This document shows, piece by piece, positions 46,089 to 54,229 of a stretch of DNA of 64,000 nt. The notes beneath the pieces were generated by a model that was not told where the DNA came from, did not search any database, and saw only the letters and a program-made list of their open reading frames with translations. The translations under genes and the position numbers were made by a program. Position 1 is the stretch's first letter; every line of letters begins with the position of its first letter. The DNA comes from an uncultured Actinomycetota bacterium. Lineage in GTDB: Bacteria > Actinomycetota > Actinomycetes > Mycobacteriales > CADCTP01. Where the stretch lies: positions 532,710-596,709 of the forward strand of contig CAVSMA010000004.1 in assembly GCA_963728945.1 (NCBI GenBank), read 5' to 3'.

Positions 46089-48227
46089 ATGAGCGCGTTG
46101 GAGTCCGGGCCCGCCCGGCTCCCCGACCGGGAGGGGGTCGCCGTCCGGGACGGCGTCCCCCTCGCGTGGGCGAGCTACGGGGACGGGCCCACCACGGTGG
46201 TGCTGATGCCGGCCTGGTCGATCGTCAACTCGCGGATGTGGAAGGCCCAGGTGCCCTACCTGGCCCGGCACTACCGGGTGGTCACCTTCGACGGCCGGGG
46301 AAGCGGCCGGTCCGGCCGCCCGCGCGAGGCCGCCGCCTACACCGACGAGCAGTACGCGGCCGACACGGTCGCGGTGCTCGACGACGCCGGCGTCGACCGG
46401 GCCGTGCTCGTCGGCCTGTCCTGCGGCGCGTCCTGGGCGATCCGGGTCGCCGCCGGGCACCCCGACCGGGTGCACGGGATCGTCGCGATCGGCGCCGCCT
46501 GCGGGTTCCCGGTCGCCCAGCCGGAACGCGACCACTACGTCTGGTCGGTGCCGTACGGCACGTACCAGGGCTGGGCGAAGTACAACAAGCACTACTGGCT
46601 CAACGGCGGCTACGAGGACTTCGTCCGGTTCTTCATGGCCGAGATGTTCCCGGAGCGCCATTCGACGAAGCAGATCGAGGACGCGACCGCCTGGGGGCTC
46701 GACGTCGAGCCGGAGGTGCTGGTCGCGACGACGGCCGGCCGGCTCGGCTGCGACGGCGCGGTCTGCACCTCGGTGGAGCCGCTGTGCGCGCTGGTCCGCT
46801 GCCCGGTGCTGGCCATCCACGGCACCGACGACCGCGTGCGCACGCACGCGATCAGCGAGCGGCTGGCCGAGCTGACCGGCGCCGAGCTGCTGCTCGTCGA
46901 CGGCGCCGGGCACGGTCTGCCGGGCCGCGACCCGGTGCTGGTCAACCGGGAGATCCGGACGTTCGTCGAGCGGGTGGTGCCGCGCTCGCCGCACCGCAGC
47001 TGGGTCAGGGCGGCCGCCCGGCGGCCGACGCGCGCGCTCTACCTGTCCTCCCCGATCGGGCTCGGCCACGCCCGCCGCGACCTGGCGATCGCCGACGAGC
47101 TGCGCCGGCTGCATCCCGACCTGCAGGTCGACTGGCTCGCCCAGGACCCGGTGACCAGGGTGTTGGAGGACCGGAAGGAGACCATCCATCCGGCCTCGGC
47201 GTATCTGGCCAGCGAGTCGCAGCACTTCGAGGAGGAGTGCGGCGAGCACGACCTGCACGCGTTCGGCGCCATCCGCCGGATGGACGAGATCCTCGTCGCG
47301 AACTTCATGGTCTTCCACGACGTCGTCGCCGAGGGCCGGTACGACCTGGTGATCGGCGACGAGGCGTGGGACGTCGACCACTTCCTGCACGAGAACCCGG
47401 AGCTGAAGTCGACCGCGTACGCCTGGCTGACCGACTTCGTCGGCTGGCTGCCGATGCCGTCCGGCGGCGACCGGGAGGCGGCGCTGACCGCCGACTACAA
47501 CGCCGAGATGCTCGAGCAGCGGGCCCGGCTGCGGGCGCTGCGGGACCGGTCGGTGTTCGTCGGCGACCCGGAGGACATCGTCCCGGACGACTTCGGGCCG
47601 GGGCTGCCGTCGATCCGCGGGTGGACGGAGCAGAACTTCGACTTCGCCGGGTACGTGACCGGCTTCGACCCGGTGGAGCTGGCCGACCGGGCGGCGCTGC
47701 GGCGCCGGCTCGGCTACCGGCCGGACGAGCGGGTCTGCCTGGTCAGCGTCGGCGGCTCGGGGGTCGGGCTGCCGCTGCTGCGCCGGCTCGCCGACGCGGT
47801 GCCGCTCGCCCGCCGCCTGGCCCCGGACCTGCGCTTCGTCGTGGTCACCGGCCCGCGCATCGATCCGAAGTCGCTGCCCCGCCGGCGCGGGCTGACCGTC
47901 CGCGGCTACCTGCCCGACCTGCACGAGCACCTGGCGGCCTGCGACGTCGCGCTGGTCCAGGGCGGCCTGACCACCTGCATGGAGCTGACGGCCAACCGCC
48001 GCCCGTTCGTCTACGTCCCACTGCGCAACCACTTCGAGCAGAACTTCCACGTCCGGCACCGGCTGCAGCGGCACGGCGCCGGAGAGTGCCTCGACTACGC
48101 CGACGCCAGCGATCCGGACCGGCTCGCCGCCGCGATCGTCGGCCAGCTCGGCCGCGAGGTGGACTACCTGCCGGTTCCCGGCGACGGCGCCGCCCGGGCG
48201 GCCCGGCTGCTCGCCGACCTGCTGTGA
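46089..48227 (+). CDS. fusion protein: N-terminal alpha/beta-hydrolase + C-terminal GT-B (MurG/GT28-like) glycosyltransferase
   Basis: N-part FDGRGSGRSG, nucleophile elbow GLSCGA. C-part LSSPIGLGHARRDLAIADEL...VSVGGSGVG...ACDVALVQGGLTTCMELTANRRPFVYVP. Confidence 0.7.
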   Translation: MSALESGPARLPDREGVAVRDGVPLAWASYGDGPTTVVLMPAWSIVNSRMWKAQVPYLARHYRVVTFDGRGSGRSGRPREAAAYTDEQYAADTVAVLDDAGVDRAVLVGLSCGASWAIRVAAGHPDRVHGIVAIGAACGFPVAQPERDHYVWSVPYGTYQGWAKYNKHYWLNGGYEDFVRFFMAEMFPERHSTKQIEDATAWGLDVEPEVLVATTAGRLGCDGAVCTSVEPLCALVRCPVLAIHGTDDRVRTHAISERLAELTGAELLLVDGAGHGLPGRDPVLVNREIRTFVERVVPRSPHRSWVRAAARRPTRALYLSSPIGLGHARRDLAIADELRRLHPDLQVDWLAQDPVTRVLEDRKETIHPASAYLASESQHFEEECGEHDLHAFGAIRRMDEILVANFMVFHDVVAEGRYDLVIGDEAWDVDHFLHENPELKSTAYAWLTDFVGWLPMPSGGDREAALTADYNAEMLEQRARLRALRDRSVFVGDPEDIVPDDFGPGLPSIRGWTEQNFDFAGYVTGFDPVELADRAALRRRLGYRPDERVCLVSVGGSGVGLPLLRRLADAVPLARRLAPDLRFVVVTGPRIDPKSLPRRRGLTVRGYLPDLHEHLAACDVALVQGGLTTCMELTANRRPFVYVPLRNHFEQNFHVRHRLQRHGAGECLDYADASDPDRLAAAIVGQLGREVDYLPVPGDGAARAARLLADLL

Positions 48228-48252
48228 TAATCGACTGGACCGGCGCGGTGGG

Positions 48253-49171
48253 ATGGGGGCGGTGGCGGGCGTCGAGGTGCCGGAGACCGTGCGGGCGTTC
48301 GCCCGCGCGGCCGGCGCGGACGACTGGCTGGCCGCGCTGCCGGAGCTGAGTCGCCCGACTCGAACGGGACTGGCGGATCACGGTCGGCGCCGTATACCCG
48401 GACGCGACCGAGGCGCTCGTCGCCGCCGCCACGCTGGCCGACGGCACTCCGGCGGTGCTCAAGCTGCTGATCCAGCGCGGTCACAGCCGGCACGCAGCCG
48501 AGGAGATCACCGTCCTCCGGCTGGTGAACGGTGCGGGCTGCGCCCGGCTGCTGCGGCACGACGACGAGTCCGGCGCGATGCTGCTGGAGCGGCTCGGCCC
48601 TTCCCTGTACCGGATCGGCCTGCCGATCGAGCAGCGGCACGAGATCCTCTGCCGGGTCGCGATGCGGCTCTGGCGGCCGGCCCCCGACAGCGGGCTGCCG
48701 ACCGGGGCGGAGAAGGCGGCCAGGCTGGCGGCGTACGTCGAGTCGGCCTGGGACCGACTCGACCGGCCCTGCCCCGAGCGGACGATCCAGGTCGCGCTGG
48801 CCGACGCGGCCAAGCGGGCCGCCGCGTACGACCCGGAGCGGGCGGTGCTGCTGCACGGCGACGTGCACCAGTGGAACACCCTGCAGGCGGGCGTCGACTG
48901 GAAGCTCGTCGACCCGGACGGCCTGCTGGCCGAGCCCGAGGCCGACCTCGGCGTGCTCATGCGCGAGGACCCGGCCGAGCTGCTCGCCGGCGACCCGTGG
49001 GGGCGCCCGCACCGGCTCGCCGCCCGCACCGGCACCGACCCGGTCGCCATCTGGGAGTGGGGCACGATCGAGCGCACGTCCAACGGCCTGCTCACCCTGG
49101 AGACCGGGCCCGAGGCGGCCGGCCGGGAGTTTCTGGCCGTCGCCGACCGGCTCGCTAACCTCGCCGGATGA
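48253..49171 (+). pseudogene. aminoglycoside/streptomycin 6-phosphotransferase-like kinase (APH(6) family) with a 1-nt frameshift at about 48349
   Basis: N-part VEVPETVRAFARAAGADDWLAALPEL in one frame; VARLERDWRITVGAVYPDATEALVAAATLADGTPAVLKLLIQR...LLHGDVHQWN...LVDPDGL in the next. Length is 3n+1, with an extra A in GAGCTG[A]GTCGCC. Confidence 0.65.
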
Positions 49172-49806
49172 CCGATCCCACCATGGCCGAGCGCCGGGAG
49201 TTCTTCGACGGCCTCTACGTGGCTGCCGGCGGCGGGGGCGAGCCGCTGCCGTGGGACCGCGGCGGCGCCCCGCAGCAGCTGCTGGCCGACTGGGCCGCCG
49301 ACCGCGGCCTGCGTGAGCCGGGCGGCGCCGGGAAGCGCGCCGTGGTGGTCGGCTGCGGCCTCGGCGGCGACGCCGAGTTCCTGGCCCGGCTCGGCTTCGC
49401 GGTGGTCGGCTTCGACTTCTCCGCGCCCGCGATCGAGGCCGCCCGCGCGCTCAACCCGACCTCCACCGTCGACTACGAGGTGGCCGACCTGCTCGCGCTG
49501 CCGGAGGGCTGGCTCGCCGGGTTCGACCTGGTCGTGGAGAGCCTGACCGTGCAGTCGCTGCCGCGCTCCATCCGGCCGCGGGTGATCGCCGCGGTGCGCT
49601 CGCTGGCCGCGCCCGGCGGGACGGTGCTGGTGGTCTCCTCGCAGCAGGGCGTGCGGACCGAGACGGAGATCGGCCCGTGGCCGCTCAGCCGCGCCGACGT
49701 CGACTCGTTCGCCGCCGACGGCTTCGAGCTGGTCCGCCTCGAACAGCCGCCGGGCCCGGACGGCCTGCCCCGCTGGCGCGCCGAGTTCCGCCGCAATCCC
49801 CACTGA
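49168..49806 (+). CDS. class I SAM-dependent methyltransferase (TPMT-like, small)
   Basis: AVVVGCGLGGDAEFLA, DLVVESLTVQSLP. ATGA coupling with the preceding ORF. Confidence 0.7.
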   Translation: MTDPTMAERREFFDGLYVAAGGGGEPLPWDRGGAPQQLLADWAADRGLREPGGAGKRAVVVGCGLGGDAEFLARLGFAVVGFDFSAPAIEAARALNPTSTVDYEVADLLALPEGWLAGFDLVVESLTVQSLPRSIRPRVIAAVRSLAAPGGTVLVVSSQQGVRTETEIGPWPLSRADVDSFAADGFELVRLEQPPGPDGLPRWRAEFRRNPH

Positions 49807-50106
49807 CCCCGGCCAATCCCCCGCCCGAGCCGCCCCCGTCCCCGCCCGCCCCGGCCGAGCCGCCCCGGCAAAGCCCACCCACGTTGGCGTTCAGATCTGC
49901 GACGCCGGCGCCGTCCCCGTTTGGCTGCCGACGGCCGAGGACTGCCCGCCGACCCGCATCGAGGGCGCGCACTCCGACTGCCGGTAGTCGATCGGCGTCC
50001 GGTCATGGCATGCGGATCACCGATACCGCGGTGCCCCTTTCGGGCGTAACGCACCGGTCGCAAGGGTGGTATCATTCGAACACCAGTTCGGATGGAGGTA
50101 CGGAGA

Positions 50107-51379
50107 ATGTCTGCTGTGTCGGCGCTGCGGTCGGCCGCGGTTGCGGTCGCGGCGGTCGACCCGGCAAACGCTTCCCGCAGCCCTGCTGGAAGATGCGGTC
50201 GTCGAGTTGCGCCGGCTGATCGACGGGTTGGAGGGGACCTGGTCCCGACTGGTCGCGACCCTGGACGGGTCCGGCGCGATTGACGGCGGCACGGCGGCAT
50301 GGCTGCGGTCCAGCTGCCGGCTCTCTCCGGCGGCCGCCCGGTCCCGGGTGACGCTGGCGCGTCGGTTGACCGAGCGGGCCACCGTGGCCCAGGAGCTGTC
50401 GGCGGGTGAGATCTCCGTCGACCACGCTCGCCTGCTGACCACCGCTCTCGACGAGCTGGCGGCCGTCGATCCTCAGCTGGCCGCGAAGACCGAAGGGCCG
50501 CTGCTGGACGCGGCCCGCCAGCTCGATCCGGTTCGCCTGCGCCGCAGCATCACCCACGCTCGCTACGCGTTGACTCCCGAGGCCACCGTCGCCGCCGACG
50601 AGTCGGCTCACCACCGCCGGCGAATCGACGTCGCGTCGACGTTCGAAGGCATGGTCGCCGTGAGCGGCGTGTTGGACGCCGAAGGCGGCGAGGTGTTGCT
50701 GACCGCGCTCGCCACGCTGTCGGGTCGATGGGGTCCCGATGACCCGCACAGCGCCAGCCAGCGCCGCGCCGACGCCCTGGTCGAACTCTGCCATCGCCAG
50801 CTTGGCCGCGGTGAGCTCCCGGCGCTCGGAGGCGAGCGCCCCCACCTCACGGTCCTGGTCCCGATCCACAGCTTGCCGGTCGCTCCGGCGAGCAACGACG
50901 TCCCGTCGTGTCACCACGCCACGGGTAAGGCTCCGGCCGCGATCGCGACCCTCCGGCCGAGCGATAGTGCGGCGCGGCGCTCCGGCCCGGCCGGCGATCA
51001 CCTCAGCGGGTCCGGTCGACTGGTCGGCTCTGAGACGATGTGGGGCGCGGTCCTGGCTCCGGACGCGGCCCGGAGGCTCGCCTGTGATGCCTCCCTCACC
51101 CGAGTCGTGCTCGGTCCGGAGAGCCAGCCGCTCGACGTGGGCCGGCGGACGCGGCTGATCCCGCCAGCCGTCCGCACGGCGCTGGTCGTCCGTGACCGCG
51201 GTTGTACCTACCCCGGCTGCGACCGGGGTCCACAATGGACAGACGCTCATCACATCCAGCACTGGGCCGATGGCGGCAGCACGTCGCTCGAGAACCTGGT
51301 GCTGCTCTGCCGCCAACATCACCGCACCGTCCACGAAGGACACCGCGCGATGGCGAACGCACCACCCCGCGCGGCCTAG
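50107..51379 (+). pseudogene. DUF222 + HNH endonuclease (REP13E12-type, multicopy selfish-gene family) with an apparent 5' frameshift near 50170
   Basis: ATG 50107 after GGAGG gives MSAVSALRSAAVAVAAVDPANA, then the reading must shift to LPAALLEDAVVELRRLIDGLEG... HNH motif DAHHIQHWADGGSTSLENLVLLCRQHHRTVH. Length is 3n+1. Confidence 0.6.
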
Positions 51380-51470
51380 CCGGATCCCCCAACCCCCCGT
51401 CGGGACCGCCTGGTGAGCCGGCACCAGATGCCCCCGCCCCACCACACCCGACCACCCGACTGCCCCACGG

Positions 51471-51538
51471 GCTGACCCACCACGCCGGCTGACCCACCAC
51501 GCCGGCTGACCCACCACGCCGGCTGACCCACCACGCCG
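51471..51538. repeat. 17-bp tandem repeat x4 (GCTGACCCACCACGCCG) downstream of the HNH gene
   Basis: Read directly: units at 51471, 51488, 51505 and 51522. Confidence 0.9.
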
Positions 51539-51575
51539 GACCTGGATCATGATGTGGGCGAGCTCGGCCGGGGAG

Positions 51576-51599
51576 GGTCCCTGCAGTCCTGCAGGGACC
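51576..51599. terminator. perfect 11-bp inverted repeat GGTCCCTGCAG-tc-CTGCAGGGACC between convergent genes
   Basis: Read directly; candidate bidirectional hairpin with no U-tract. Confidence 0.35.
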
Positions 51600-51755
51600 A
51601 CCCCCGCCGCCTCGACCATCTCCTGTCGGCCGCTGTACCCGACCGCCAGCCCCGCGCCGCGCAGTGGTCGGCCGCCGCCGTACGGCAGGCCTGCGCAAGG
51701 CAGGGGCGCACAAAGCAGGCTCGCGGTGGCGGGCGGAGTTCCGCCGGGGAGCGGC

Positions 51756-52703
51756 TCATGGGCGCTGATAGCGGCTGACCACGATCGAGGCGATCGCCCG
51801 AACCGGCTCGGGCAGCGCTGCCACGCGGTCGTTCAGGTCCGGCAGGTGCCGCGCGGACGGCCCCATCGCTATCGCGCGGGCCGCGTCGGCCCGGGACAGC
51901 GCCAGCTCCCAGCGGTGCTCGGCCCGGTCCACCGGGACGAGGTGCGGTTCCAGGGCGGCGGCCAACCGGCTGTCCTTGGCCGTGTCGACCTGCAGCCCGC
52001 CGACCACGTCGACCAACCCGGTCAGGTGGTCCGGTCCCGGCGTGACCACCACCAGCCGGCCGCCCGGACGCAGCACCCGCGCGGTCTCCGGCCCGTTCCG
52101 GGGTGAGAACACGTCCAGCACCAACCCCACCGCGCCGGTCCGCACCGGCAACCCGGACCAGGCGTCGGCCACGACAGCGCCGGCCCGGGGGTGCGCCCGG
52201 GCGGCGCGGCGGGCCGCGTACCGGGACGCGTCCAGCGCGATGCCGATCGCGGCCGGGTCGGCATCGAGGACCGCGGCCAGGTGCGCGCCGGTGCCGGCGC
52301 CCACGTCGAGCACCGGCCCGGCGGCTCCAGCGGCGGCCGCCACCAGGGCAGCCGCGAGTGGCGCGTAGTGGCCGGCGGCGAGGAACTCGGCCCGGGCTGC
52401 CACCATGGCCGCGTCGTCCCCGCCCGCGCCACGGGCCCCGGCCGGACCCCGGCCCCCGCCCGCGCCACGGGCCCCGGCCGGACCCCGGCCCCCGCCCGCG
52501 CCGCGAGCCTCGGCAGGCCCCCGGACGCCGGCCCGGCCGCGCGCACCCGCCCGGCCGCGGGCGCCGGCCGGCAGCAGCGTCACGTACCCCTGCCGGGCCA
52601 GGTCGAAGGAGTGCCCGCGCGCGCACCGCACCGCACCGTCCACTGCGGACAGTGGCAGCCCGCAGTACGGGCAGGCCAGGCAGTCCACCACCGCCGGCAG
52701 CAT
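51756..52703 (-). CDS. RlmA/RrmA-family methyltransferase (Zn-ribbon + class I MTase) carrying a Gly/Ala/Arg repeat insertion
   Basis: CLACPYCGLPL...VRCARGHSFDLARQGYVTLLPAG-[insert]-DDAAMVAARAEFLAAGHYAPL...VLDVGAGTG. The insert is encoded by a 36-bp repeat at about 52419-52526. Confidence 0.7.
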   Translation of the reverse strand: MLPAVVDCLACPYCGLPLSAVDGAVRCARGHSFDLARQGYVTLLPAGARGRAGARGRAGVRGPAEARGAGGGRGPAGARGAGGGRGPAGARGAGGDDAAMVAARAEFLAAGHYAPLAAALVAAAAGAAGPVLDVGAGTGAHLAAVLDADPAAIGIALDASRYAARRAARAHPRAGAVVADAWSGLPVRTGAVGLVLDVFSPRNGPETARVLRPGGRLVVVTPGPDHLTGLVDVVGGLQVDTAKDSRLAAALEPHLVPVDRAEHRWELALSRADAARAIAMGPSARHLPDLNDRVAALPEPVRAIASIVVSRYQRP

Positions 52704-52825
52704 CAGCCCGCCGCGATCCGCATCACATCGGCGGACCTTACCGTCGCGGTCGGGAGCCGGGCGCTGATCGCCTACGCTCTGCCGGTCGGCGCCGTCCCTG
52801 CCGTGACCACGAGAAGAGGCGATCC

Positions 52826-53947
52826 ATGCCCACCCCGGTCGACCCCGGTCGCCCGCTCCTGGTGGCCGGGCCGGGTTCGATCGGTCGGCTGCCCGAGGTG
52901 CTGTCCTGGTGGCGGCCGGAGCGGGTGCTGCTGGTCGGCAGCCGGCGGGCGGTGGCCACCTCGTCCGCGCTCGGGTTGCTCGGGGACGCGGCGGTCACCT
53001 GGTTCGACGCGGTCCGCGCCAACCCGCGCTGGCTGCAGGTCGCCGAGCTGGTCCGGCTGCTCGAACGGTCCCGTCCGGACGTGGTGGTCGCGCTCGGCGG
53101 CGGCTCGGCGCTGGACACCGCCAAGCTGGGCCGGGTGCTGGCCGACCCGGCGCCGAAGCCCCGGCCGAAGCTGCGCAAGAACCCACCGCGGCTGGTGCTG
53201 GTGCCCACCACCGGTGGCAGCGGCGCCGAGATGACCCGGTTCGCCGCGGTCGGCACCGGCCGGGAGCGGCGCGCGCTCGACCATCCCGCGCTGCTCGCCG
53301 ACGTGGCGATCGTCGACCCCAGACTGTCGGACTCCTGCCCGCCGGCGGTGACCTACCCGGCGGCGTTCGACGCGCTCGCGCACGCGATCGAGTCGTACTG
53401 GAGCGCCCGGTCGACGCCGGAGACCAGGGCGCTGTCCTGGCAGGCGACCGGCGACCTGGTCGCCGCGCTGGCCGCGCCGCTGGACACGCCGACCCCGCGG
53501 CAGCGCAACCAGCTGGCCGCCGCGGCGACCAGGGCCGGGCGGGCGGTCGACGCCACCCGGACCGGCGCGGTGCAGGCGTTCGCCGGCTGGCTGACCGCGC
53601 ACCGGCAGGTGCCGCACGGGGTCGCCTGCCTGCTCACGCTGAGCTGGCTGCTCCCGTACAACTGCCAGCACCTCGCCGACGGCTGCGCGGACGACCGCGG
53701 GCCGGCGTTCGTGACCGAGCGGCTGCGGGCGGTCTGCACGGTGCTGGCCGGCCCGGGCGGCGGTCCGGAGCCGGCGGCCGACGCGCTGGCGGCGCTGGTG
53801 CGGGCGGCCGGCTGGTCGGACCGGCTCGGCACGTACGGGCTCGGGCCGGGGACGCTGCCCGGGTTCGCCGCGGCCGGCCAGCGGGCGGCCAACCCGGTCA
53901 CGCTTGACCCGGCCCGGATCGCCGCAGCGGTGCAGGAGCGCGGCTGA
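52826..53947 (+). CDS. iron-containing (group III) alcohol dehydrogenase family protein
   Basis: ATG after AGAAGAGG. VVVALGGGSALDTAK, LVLVPTTGGSGAEMT, AFDALAHAIESY. Confidence 0.7.
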   Translation: MPTPVDPGRPLLVAGPGSIGRLPEVLSWWRPERVLLVGSRRAVATSSALGLLGDAAVTWFDAVRANPRWLQVAELVRLLERSRPDVVVALGGGSALDTAKLGRVLADPAPKPRPKLRKNPPRLVLVPTTGGSGAEMTRFAAVGTGRERRALDHPALLADVAIVDPRLSDSCPPAVTYPAAFDALAHAIESYWSARSTPETRALSWQATGDLVAALAAPLDTPTPRQRNQLAAAATRAGRAVDATRTGAVQAFAGWLTAHRQVPHGVACLLTLSWLLPYNCQHLADGCADDRGPAFVTERLRAVCTVLAGPGGGPEPAADALAALVRAAGWSDRLGTYGLGPGTLPGFAAAGQRAANPVTLDPARIAAAVQERG

Positions 53948-54062
53948 GTCCCGCGCTCAGCGGTTGAGTCCGGGGCTCAGCGGTTGAGTCCGGGGCTCAG
54001 CGGTTGAGTCCGGGGGTCAGCGGTTGAGTCCGGGGGTCAGCGGTTGAGTTCGGGGTCAGCGA
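53943..54062. repeat. 20-21-bp tandem repeat x6 (GTTGAGTCCGGGGCTCAGCG); the first unit contains the stop codon of the upstream gene
   Basis: Read directly. Each unit holds a short hairpin (G)CTGAG-N7-CTCAG(C). Confidence 0.9.
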
Positions 54063-54229
54063 CTGGACCCGGAGTCCCCGACTGGACCCGGAGTCCCCAA
54101 CTGGACCCGGAGTCCCCAACTGGACCCGGAGTCCCCGACTGGACCCGGAGTCCCCGACTGGACCCGGAGTCCCCGACTGGACCCGGAGTCCCCGACTGGA
54201 CCCGGAGTCCCCGACTGGACCCGGAGTCA
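54060..54229. repeat. 19-bp tandem repeat x9 (GACTGGACCCGGAGTCCCC); the last unit runs into the stop codon of the convergent gene
   Basis: Read directly. The unit is not a multiple of 3 and contains GGAC-N5-GTCC dyad symmetry. Confidence 0.9.

Noticed and set aside
49981-49997. 17-nt exact match (CCGGTAGTCGATCGGCG) with 16296-16312 at the end of the AlkA-like gene, a possible remnant of a second glycosylase gene
   Set aside because: By a rough estimate, a few such 17-mers are expected by chance in 64 kb of this base composition. The flanking translation shows only a weak, stop-interrupted resemblance.
50066-50106. ORF-track N-terminus of the HNH gene (MVSFEHQFGWRYGECLLCRRCG...), which looks like a CxxC zinc knuckle
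   Set aside because: It precedes the good SD+ATG at 50107 and lies in a different frame from the family-typical N-terminus, so it is most likely a read-through artefact created by the frameshift.
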